DNA of 42,250 bases from Parvularia atlantis. Its lineage: Eukaryota. The notes under the pieces were generated by a model. The model searched no databases and was not told the origin of the DNA. It was given only the letters and a program-made list of their open reading frames with translations. The stretch covers positions 1 to 42,250 of the forward strand of contig CALSCO010000655.1 of NCBI GenBank assembly GCA_943704415.1. Direction: 5' to 3'. The translations under genes were made by a program, and so were the position numbers. This document shows positions 23,702 to 33,681 of this stretch, piece by piece. Each line of letters begins with the position of its first letter. Within the stretch, counting starts at the first letter, position 1.

Positions 23702-25543
23702 TCACATGTCTGGTACATGCGGCGCATGCACGACGGCGCGCAGGGCGTGGCGCAGGTGCGGCTCGGCGACGGCGGCCGTGAGCGGGTCCGCGCCGGCGCG
23801 CAGCGTCTCGCGCAGACACTGCATCGCGGCCTCGCGGCAGACGGCCTCGATGTCGGCGGGCGAGCACCCGGCGGTGGCGTCGGCGAGCCGCGGCAGCAGC
23901 GGCGCGAGCTCGGGCTGGCGGTCGACGGGCAGGAACGCGCCAAAGAGCTCTGCACGCGGCCGCGGGTCAGCCTGCTCCCGCTCTCATTCTCTGCGCGCAA
24001 CGGCACCGTGTCGGCTGCGCCCGTCCGGCAGCGCCAGAGCCACGCGCTGGTCGAGCCGCCCAGGGCGAAGCACGGCCGCGTCGACGCGTGCGGGGTCTGC
24101 CGTCACGCCGACGACGACGATGGCCGGCTCGGGCTGGCCGTCGTGCACGCGGTGGTGGAACACGCCATCCATCTCGGTCAGCAGCGCGGCCGTGACGCGC
24201 GACGACACATCGTTGTCGGCCGTGCGGGTTGGAGCTGGGCGCGCGCGTCAGCTGCGGGGGGGGGAGCCCAGCATTTCTGAGTGCGCACCAAACGCTTCGA
24301 GCGGGTCGAGCAGCACGATGCACGGCGCGAGCTGCCGCGCCTGCGCAAACAGCTGCGCCACGCCGCGCTCCGACTCGCCCACGACCTTGGAGCGCAGCTG
24401 CGCGGCGTCGGCCACGAGCAGCGGCAGCGGCGACGCCCGCGCGATCTCGAGCGCGAGCCGCGTCTTGCCGCAGCCAGACGGCCCGCTGATCAGCACGCCG
24501 CGCGGCGGGCTCACGCCGAGCGCGCTGAGCGACACGTTCGCGGCGGCCCCGCCGTCGTCGTAGGGCGCGACGAGCACAGCGGCGAGCTTGGCGCGCGCCC
24601 CGGCTACGCCGATCAGCGGGCGCGAGGCCGTGCGCGCATGCAGCGTCAGCTCGGCCGCGCCCGCGAGCTGCGCCGGCCGCGTCGTGCGCAGCGCCAGCTC
24701 GATGTCGTCCACGCGGAGGTCCTCCGGACCCGCGGGTGCGCTTCGCCGTGCGCTGGCACTTGCGGCGGCTGCGCGCACAAGCTGCATCAGGTCCGCGCCG
24801 GTGAAGCCGTGCGTGCGGCGGGCGACGGTCTCGAGCAGGTCGTCGAGCGCGGCGTGCGGCGCCGGGACGAGCACGCGGAGCACGTCGCGGCGCTGGGCGT
24901 GCGTGCGGCACGCGAGCTGCAGCACGCGCCCGCCCAGTCGATGCGGCCGCAGCACGCGCCGGTCGAGCGCGTCGACGCGCGCCGTCACGCCGAGCACAAA
25001 CACACCCGTCCCGCGGCACCCATCCAGGCAGTGCAGCAGCGCGGCGAGCACGCGACCGGCCACGGACGTCGTGTCGCCGACGGCGTCGAGCTCGTCCGCC
25101 GCATCGCTTTCGTCGTGGTCGCCGTTGTCGTCGCCGTCGCCGTCGCCGTCGCCGTCAGAGGGCAGCGTCGCCGCGATCGCGTCCAGGTCGTCGAGCACGA
25201 GCAGGGCGCGCCCATCAGCCGCGAAGGCGTCGCACAGCACGGCCGCACTCGCCTCGCCGCTCGGCCGCACGACGCTCGGCGCGCTCACGACTCGCGCGGC
25301 GACGCCCGGGGGCGCGTGGCGCACGAGTGCGGTGGCCAGCGCCGTCTTGCCCGCGCCCGATGCGCCGCACAGCAGCGCGCCGGCCGCGCTGGCGATGCGC
25401 GCGCGGCGCGGCTCTCGCACGATCACGCGCAGGCGCCACTGCAGCGTGGCCTCGAGCAGCACCTTGCGTAGCACGTCGCCGCAGCCACCCACATCGCCTT
25501 CGACGGCGCGCGCCCACGCCTCGTCGACGTCTCCGTTCATCAT
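23702..25543 (-). CDS. Double-AAA+ ATPase of the CDC48/SPATA5(AFG2)-like group, with degenerate Walker B motifs and no N-domain
   Basis: D1: GASGAGKT / LLVLDDLDAI / HGFTGADL. D2: PRGVLISGPSGCGKT / VGESERGVAQLFAQARQLAPCIVLLDPLEAF / LLTEMDG / DAAVLRPGRLD. Two introns (one at 24235-24288); TGA at 23702-23704. Confidence 0.8.
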
Positions 25544-25553
25544 CGCACAACTC

Positions 25554-28500
25554 TCACAGCACGACTGCCTCGTCCCACGTCTGCGCCAGCGCGAGCGACT
25601 GCCGGACGACGGGCGGCATCGCGGCGAGGGCCGCGGCGTCGTCCTCGGCCACCTCGACCTCGTCGTCGGCCGCGTTGCGCTGCTCGCTCTGCAGGTTCAT
25701 CACCTCAAGCAGCGCGTCGAGCGGCGCGGCGGGCGCATCGGCGAGCGGCGGCGGCTCCGCGTCGGCGGCCGGGACGTGCTCCTCAAGCTGCTCGATTGGG
25801 TCCGGCACGTCGACGGCGCGTGCCGCGCCGGCGCCAAGCATGCTGCGCGCCGCCTTGTCAGCCCGAGCACGCGCGAAGACGCGCAACAGCGCACCGCGAA
25901 GGCGCGAGCCGGGCGACAGCCGTACGCACGCCCCAGCGTCGCTCCGGCAGCGACAGGCCGTTGACGCCGTTGCCGTTGTCGCCCTTGGCGGCACTGCGCA
26001 ACGTTGCCGGTGGCTCGCAGCCCGTGTAGCCTGTGCGCGCGCGTCAGCACCGTAAGTGGCAAGGCACAGGCCGCACGCACTGCCGTTGCGAATGCACATG
26101 CTGATGAACTCGCGCCAGTGGCGGTCCTCGTGCAGCACATACGGGTTGCCGACGACGACGAGCAGCGCCTGCGCGCGCGTCGTCGCGACGTTGAAGCTGC
26201 TTGCTCGCCAGCGTCAGCGCTTCCGCCACTCCCAAGTACGAAGAGCCGCACCGCTTGCCGTTGTACGTCAGGCCGAGGTTCTGGCGCCGATCGAGCTTGG
26301 CAGCGAGGCTAGACGTGCGCATGGTCGAGATGAACACGAAGCGGTGCTCCTGGCCTGCGCTGAGGCTGAGCGCGCGCGCTGCAAGCCTGGCCGAGGCGCA
26401 CCCTGGTTGTCCTCGACCGTGCCAACGTTGACCGCGCTGAGCTGCACGGCGCGGAGGCGCTCGCGCAGTGCGCGGACCTGCGTGCGGAACGGCGAGATGA
26501 CAGCCACGCTGGCCGCGGGGTTGTACGGCTGTTTCGTCTGCGCGCACTCGGGGCGTCAGCAGACGCACGCTCAGTGCGCAGAAGCCTACGCACCCGCTTG
26601 AGCCACGCGACGAGGTTCTCGACCAGCGCGACGACGTGGGCGGCCTCGACTGGGTTGGTGTACGTGCGCGCTGTCGGCGGGTGCGGCGTCACGCGACAGC
26701 GAGCGCGCGCCCCCCAACTCGCACCGTCCAGGTCCACGATCTCCTCTCCCTCGACGCCGACAAACATGCACGGGAAGGCGCCGTTGAGCAGACGGGGCCA
26801 GCCTATAGCCGCGTTGCGCAGCTCGTCGGGTGCGCACACGACCAGCGTGTCGCCGTAGAACAGCTTGGAGGGCGTGAACAGGAGCGCCTCGTGCGAGCGG
26901 TAGTTGTCCTGCAGCCGCGTCACACAGACTGCGCTCGAGCGGCCTGAGCGCGACGGCCGGCACGCCGCGCCTGCACACGCACTCGTGTCGCTGTAGTCCA
27001 CGAGTGAGCCGATCAGCCGCTCCTGCAGCGACGTGCCGAGGCCGTGGTGGAGCGCGGCGTTTGTGTGCACGTGCGGCCCGAGCTGCTGGTGGTCGCCGGC
27101 CATGACGATCTGCCCACGCGCGCACGGCATCAGCAAGCAAGTGCGACAGGCTGCCCCGTGCGCGCCTTGGTCGTGCGCGCCGCGAGCACGAACGGCGTGA
27201 GGCAGTCGGGCTCCATGCTCTGGCCGCTCTCGTCTAGCAGGATGTGCGTGTAGTGCCCGCGCTTAATGCCGACGTCGTGCAGCAGGCCAGCCGCAGCGCA
27301 CGTCGCCACAACGACGCTGTCGGCCCCACGACCACGCCTCAGCCGCGGGGGTACTTTCACGGGTCACGACGCACCGGTACGACGCGAGGTTGTCCGGGAT
27401 GTCGAAGTAGTGCGGGTCGTCGCGGTAGCGCGAGTGCTCGAGCACGGCCGTGGGCACCTCGGCGCGTGTGCGCCAGAAGTCTGCGGGCGCAAAGAGTGTC
27501 AGCACGTGGTGCAATATGTTCGACGCGGCGCGCACTGTTCAGCCGGAACATGACGCTCGTGTCGAGGTGCTGGTGCAGCCGCTGCACGAGGATGTCGCAC
27601 GCCTGGTCCGAGGGCGCCGTGACGAGGACGCGCGCGTTCGGGACGCGGCTCCCCTCGATCAGCTGGCGGACGAGCTCGACGACCTGCGCCGCCTCAGCGT
27701 GAGCGCGTGGGCGCCCCCTGTCCGCTGCTGGCCAAACCGTCCGCGTCTTGCCGGTGCCGGGCGGGCCGTAGACGACGTGGATGGGCTGCGGGCGGGCGCC
27801 GCGTCACGCAGGCGCGACCTTCGAGACGCGCACCTCGCTGGCCGTGATGATGCGCTGCACGGCGAGTTTCTGCTGCGTGTTGAGCGCGCTGTCGAAGAAG
27901 CTCTCCTGGTGCACGTTCTCGCCTAGACGCGCACGGCCCGTGCTGCTTGCACCGCACCGTCAGTCAGCACATGAGGGGCTGCACGGGTTGGCAACTGCGC
28001 TCACAATTGCGGCTGCGGCGTTGTGGTCGGCACGCGCGGGAGGATCCAGTCGCGCAGGGGCGTGTCCGCCGCGTCGCGCAGCATCTGCAGCGTGCGGCGC
28101 ATCTGCAAGATCGCCCAGCGGTTGACGAGGAACGTGACCGAGAAGCTGGCGCGGCACTTAGAGCGCGGGCGACGCGGCGGGTGACGCACAACTGCTGCAG
28201 GACCGCACGGTCGATGAGGGGCGGCACGCGCAGGGTCATCCACTCGTCGCGGCGGCTGAATGCAACCACGAACGCTGTGCGTGTGCCAGAGGCCGCTGTA
28301 AGTGCTGGCGCGCGGCCAGACTAGCGGGCCGCACCGTCGATCGCCGCCTGGCCCTCGAGGGACGTGAGCCGCACGCGGTCGGCGTAGTCCACGGGCGGGC
28401 GCAGCTCGTTCATGCCGGGCACGATCACTTTGACGTGCTGCGTGACGTCCCAGAATGAGCGCCGCACCGCACCCGCGTACGAAACGCACATCGCCACGCT

Positions 28501-29993
28501 CCGGGTCCAGGCGCAGCAGGACGTTGTGCCTGGTGAAGCGCTCCATGCCGCGCACCTGCTCGGCCTCCTCAAGCGCCAGCAGCTGCTCGAAGCGCTCAAA
28601 GTAGGTCTGCGCGGTCAGCGCGGGCATGTCCCTCTGCACGCGACGTATCAGCCGCGACGTCGACTTGTCGGGCACGCCCGCACCGCTTCGTCGTCCACCA
28701 TGACCACTTGGCCATCACTGCACGCGCGACACGTCAGCTGCAGCATCGCGCAAACAGGCCGCACTCACGTCAGCGCCTGCGGGCCGCCGTAGAGCGTCGC
28801 GAGCTTGACGGCCTCGGACGCAAACATGAAAACGGGCCGCACGGCGTCCTCGCGGCGCCGGCGCGTGCACAGCGAGGGCATGGGGACGGTGTCGGCCATT
28901 GCCACGTGCGCGCGCTGCTGTGCCGTCTGCCGGAGCACCTCGAACGACGGCTTGAACACCTCGGAGTTCGGGTTGAGCGGCACGGGCGGCGCGTTGTCGA
29001 TCACAAACAGCTCGGACGCTAGCTGCGCGTGAGTGCCGCGCGGCCGACAAGAGGCGGTGGAGCGGCGCACCCACGACCTCGATGGTGCCGGCCGAGGTGC
29101 GCGCGTGCACCAGTAGCCACCCTATGCGCGGCTGATCAAACGTCGGCTTGCGCGCCCTGCTCGCTGCCGCGTCAGTGACGTGCACACAAGCGGCCGAGCC
29201 CGCGGCGAGCGCACGACACGGCGATGTCTACGTGCTGGAGCGGCTCGAGGGCCTCGGCCGGTGCGGGCCCTGACCGCTGTGCACGCGCGCGGGTGCTGAG
29301 CGCGCACGGGACGCGCGCGCGAGCGCGCACGGTGAAGACGCTGACGGCCGGCTGCAGCTCGATGCGCACGACCGTGAGCGGCGAGCTCGCGCTGAGGTTG
29401 TGCAGACGCGCGCTGGCCGAGCCCTGCGCGCCGCACGGCGTGAGCGCTGGCCGATGGACGCATGTCGCGGCGCGCACGTTGACGCGGATGGTCACATGCT
29501 GCGTCATGCACATGCTCGCCGTCTCGGCGCGCGACTGCACGGTCCGGCGCAGCGGCGGCATGACGACGGCCGAGTTGTTGGCCGCGGCCTCGTCTTCCTC
29601 GACCTCGAACGAGCCGAAGACGATCGCGGGCTGAGGCGTCGGCGTCGGCGCGGATGTCGGGCGCGGGCGGACCACCACGGGCGAGGGCCGGTACGGCCGC
29701 GGGAGCGAGTTCACATACATCGCCGGTGCCGGTGCGGGCATGTAGACGAAGGCGGGCGCGCGGGCGGGCGGCAGCATGAGCGCGGGCGACGGCCGCTGCC
29801 CAGCGTGGAGCATCTGCAGCACGGCGAGGAGCTGCGGCGACGGCGGCTGGCCGGGCGCGAAGAACGGCAGCGGCGGCGGCGGCAGGAACGGGTAGAACGG
29901 CATCGGCACGCGGACGTCGCCCGGCGGCGGCGGCGGCGTCGGCGGCCGCGGGAAGGACGGCGCGTTGTACGACGGCAGCGGTTGGCGGGACAT
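25554..29993 (-). CDS. MOV10: UPF1-like SF1B RNA helicase of the MOV10/SDE3/Armitage family
   Basis: YFERFEQLLALEE, VPGMNELRPPV, YGPPGTGKT, VLVTAPSDQACD, HILLDESGQ, IVMAGDHQQLGP, LQDNYRSH, VISPFRTQV, GTVEDNQGQE, RFNVATTRAQALLVVVGNP. Pro-rich N-terminus; the start codon is less certain. Confidence 0.88.
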
Positions 29994-30055
29994 CGTCAAA
30001 GGTGTGTGACAAAGTTCACCGTCGCCATTACTCCCCACTGTCGCCGCTGGCCAGG

Positions 30056-31693
30056 ATGCTGCGCCGTGCTGCCGCGCGCGTCGCGACGCTCGACCCGGGC
30101 GGCAGCGTCTTTTCCGAGTTCACGTCGCTCGCGCTCAAGCACGGCGCGGTCAACCTCGGCCAAGGCTTCCCGAATCTGCCCGTGCCGGCGTTCCTGCGGG
30201 TGCGCGCCTGCGGGTGATGCCGGCCGACGCACTTAACGCGCTGCTTGTAGGATGCCGCCGTCGCCGCCGTGAGCGGGTCGCCGCTGCTGCACCAGTACGC
30301 GCGCAGCGCCGGCCACCCACGCCTCGCGACCGCCCTCGCCCAGGCGTACCGCAAGGACCTCGGCCGCGAGCTGGACCCGATGGCCGAGGTCGTCACGACC
30401 GTCGGCGCGACCGAGGCGCTCTTCGCGGCGATGCAGGCCTTCGTCTCGCTGGGCGACGAGGTGCTGCTGATGGAGCCCTTCTACGACTCGTACCCGGCCG
30501 CGGTGACGCTCAGCGGCGGCGTGCCCGTGTACGTGCCGCTGCGGTCGGCGCGCACGGGCGGGGCGCGGTCCTCGACCGACTGGGTGCTCGACATGGACGA
30601 ACTGCGGCGGGCGATCACGCCGCGCACGCGCGTCCTCGTCGTCAACACGCCGCACAACCCGCTCGGTGCAGTGGCATGGCGCGGTGCGTACGGCTGGACA
30701 CGCTCACTTACACCGTTTTTTTTTGTTGCGCGCGCAGGCAAGGTGTTCACGCGCGCCGAGCTTGAGGCGATCGCGCAGGTGGCGCAGGAGCGCGATCTGC
30801 TCGTGATCAGCGACGAAGTGTACGAGACGTTGGTGTACGACGACTCGCGGGCGGGGCAGCACCTCAAGATCGGTGCGCTCGCGTGGGAGGTGTGCAATGC
30901 GACGGTTGATCACTCATTTTCTGCGCGCACGGACCGCCAGCAAGCCTGCCGGGCATGTACGAGCGCACGCTGACGGTGGGCTCGGTCGGTAAGACGTTCT
31001 CGGTCACGGGCTGGAAGGTGTGGGCTGTGCGCGGGACGCACGCCTGCTGAGCTCGCACGCGCCGCGCGCAGATCGGGTGGGTCGTCGGCGCGCCGGACCT
31101 GCTGCGCGCACTGTGGATGGTGCACCAGTTCATCCCGTTCTCCGTGGCCACGCCGCTGCAGGCACGCCGCGCGCGCGTCGGCGAGCGGCTGCTGACGTGC
31201 GGTGGTGGGCAGGAGGCGACGGCGATCGCGTTCGAGCAGGCGCCGCAGCACGGCTACTTTGACAGCGTGCGGGCCGGTGCGGTGCTGACCCTGGCCGTCG
31301 CTTGTGACCTGGCCTGACCCATCGTGCCAGACTTCAAGCGGCGGCGCGACAAGCTTTGGCAGACGCTGGACGAGGCTGGGCTGCAGCCGCTGCGGCCGGA
31401 CGGTACGTGGCCGTGTGTGGGAGCAGCGATCTGACACCCGCTCGCCAGCGTCCTACTTCATTGTGGCCGACACGTCGCGCCTCCACCTGCCGCGCAGGTT
31501 TGAGACGGACGCGCGCCGCGACTACGCCGTGTGCCGCTGGCTCACGTCCGAGGTCGGCGTGGCTGCGATCCCGCCGAGCGCGTTCTACAGCGCGGGCCAC
31601 CGCGGCATGGCCGAGCACCTGGCGCGCTTCTGCTTCTGCAAGACGGACGATATGCTCGAAGAGGCCGCCAAGAGGCTCGGAGCGCTTGCTTGA
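30056..31693 (+). CDS. Kynurenine aminotransferase / class I PLP aminotransferase (KYAT/CCBL/BNA3 type), probably mitochondrial
   Basis: AVNLGQGFP, HQYARSAGHPRL, EPFYDSY, VNTPHNPLGKVF, ISDEVYE, GSVGKTFSVTGWKIGW (PLP lysine), GVAAIPPSAFY, RFCFCK. Arg-rich presequence MLRRAAARV; 7 introns. Confidence 0.93.
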
Positions 31694-31778
31694 CTTGTCG
31701 GAACGCAGCACCTCGAAATCATTGCGGGATGTACGCAGTAAGCCATGGCCATTTTACGTGGCGGACGCACTCATCGCG

Positions 31779-32058
31779 ATGCTGCGCGCTGCTGCTCTGC
31801 GCCGGGTGCTCGTGCGCGTCGCGCGCAACGAGGGCGACGTCGTCAAGGGCGGCGGAAAGTTTGCACAGAAGGAGAAGGCCATCGAGGACAAGTACATCCA
31901 CGACAAGGCACGCGCCGCGCCCGGCGGGACGCTCGCCCGCTGCTGACGTCGCGGCGGGCACGCAGGAGGTCGAGAAGGCCACCAAGGCTGCCAAGGGCGG
32001 CGCGGCCAAGGTGCCCGCCAAGGACGCAGACAAGGGCAAGCCGCCGAAGGGCAAGTAG
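31779..32058 (+). CDS. Mitochondrial F1Fo-ATPase inhibitor IF1/INH1-like
   Basis: MLRAAALRRVLVRVARN presequence followed by EGDVVKGGGKFAQKEKAIEDKYIHDKE, matching the IF1 motif GxFxKREKAxExxY. One GC-AG intron at 31908-31965. Confidence 0.75.
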
Positions 32059-32168
32059 GGCGCCCCGGGGCTAGAGCGCGTAGCGAAGGGCGGGTTTGCG
32101 CTGCTTCTGTTCGTGTGGTCGTGCCAGTGGGTTTGTGCAGCACCGCCGCAACGTACAGAACAGCGCGG

Positions 32169-33576
32169 TCAGATGCTCAGCTGCCGCTTCATGAACTCGT
32201 ACGTGACGAAGCTCAGCCCGACCGCCGGCGCGACCTTGACGTAGTTGATCGTCAGGCCCGTGTACAGCGCGCGCACGCCGCCCTCGTTGACGATGTGCCT
32301 GCCGCACGGGTGGCCCGTCAGCAGAGTAGCGCGGCCCCGGCAGACCGGTGGAACGCACCTCAGCGTCCCCAGGAAGCTCGCGAACGTGTTGGACTCGGCG
32401 CCGGGCAGGCCGTGCACCTGCATCCGCCGCCGCACCACGTCCAGCGGGTACGACACGGTCTGCGCGCACGCGCCGGCAACCGCGCCGATCGCCAGGCGCA
32501 CGGGCGCCGACAGGCCCGCCTTGTCCGGTCGCCCTGGCCCCGCGGGTGACTGCATGCGTGCGTGTGTGAGACGGCGGCGCGCAGCGGCGGACGCATTGCG
32601 CACCTCGGCCTGGCGCGCGCGCTGCCACTCGATAATGTTGGCCTTGAGCGTGTCGTAGGTGAAGAATGAGACGCCCGCGTACGGCACGATCCCGAGCACG
32701 GTCGGCAGGAAGCCGCGGTACAGGCCCACAAAGCCGCCGTGGTTGCGGAACGTGCCCGTGAGCGCTTCAAGGAGCGTGCGCGGCCGCTGTTGGTACTCGA
32801 ACGCTATTCTCGCGCGCATAAGGTCGAGCGGGTACGTCCCGAAGACCGACACGGTGCCTGCGGCGGGGCGTCAGCTCGCCGGGGCAGCAACGCCTGCTTT
32901 GCGCCCGCACCCGCCATCGACCCGGCAACGAGGCGCGTGTATGCCTTCTCATCGTCGGTCGTGTTGAGCAGCTGCGGGCGTGGACGCCTCAGTAGGGCGT
33001 GCGGACATAAGCGGGCGCGGGCACTCGCGCACCAGTTTGAACTGCTCGTAGGTCATGTACTGCAGCGCCGCGTACGGGAAGATGCGCGCGATGGTCGCGT
33101 TGTTGCCGCGAAAGAGGCCGCGCATGCCCTCGGTCAGGTGGATGTGCCGCACGGCGCGAAAGGCGCCCGCGAGCGAGCCTTTGCCGCGCGGGGGGGGGGG
33201 GGGGGGGGGGGAGGAGTGCAGCGTCAGTCGGGCGCAGCAAGTGCGTCAGGAGTGTACCTCGCATGTGTAGGAAGTGCGGACTGCGCGCCTGGAAGAGGAT
33301 CTTGACCCGGTCGAGCGGCGCGATGGCCGTCTTGGCGACGCAGCCCGCGACGCCCCCGGCCAGCAGTGTCTTGGCGACGTAGCTCACGCTCTGCTTATTC
33401 TGGCGCGCGCCGCGCGGCGGCTCTTTGGCGTCGGCGGCTGCAGTGGTACTGCGGGCCGACGTCGCGGGCCCGCCGCCGCCCCCGGACGCGGCCGACGCCG
33501 CTGCTGCGGCGGCCGCTGCTGCTGCTGCCGCTGCCGCCGCGGACGGCATGCGGACGTGCTCGGCCGCGCGTTCCAT
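32169..33576 (-). CDS. Mitochondrial carrier of the CoA-transporter type (LEU5/SLC25A16/SLC25A42)
   Basis: LLAGGVAGCVAKTAIAPLDRVKILFQ, GLFRGNNATIARIFPYAALQY, TYPLDLMRAR, YRGFLPTVLGIVPYAGVSF, QTVSYPLDVVRRRMQV, GLTINYVKVAP: three carrier repeats. Poly-Ala N-terminus. Confidence 0.9.
33190..33211 (+). repeat. G22 homopolymer (C22 on the transcript) inside intron 33179-33257 of the carrier gene
   Basis: 22 consecutive G, located between the branch point and the AAG acceptor of the minus-strand intron. Confidence 0.85.
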
Positions 33577-33681
33577 CCCCTGCGACGCGAAGTGCCTGAG
33601 CCGCGGCGGTGCAGGCGCGTGGAAATTCGACTTTCGCACACTGACACTGGCTGTTGGTTCGCAGCCAGAGGTGTTCCCGCC

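Noticed and set aside
23702..29993. A single MOV10-AAA fusion protein made by stop readthrough
   Set aside because: The AAA ATGs are 10 and 13 nt past the stop, which is out of frame, and I saw no convincing intron joining the frames.
33190..33211. G22 tract as a functional G-quadruplex or regulatory element
   Set aside because: It is a single intronic homopolymer whose length is prone to sequencing error, with no further support.
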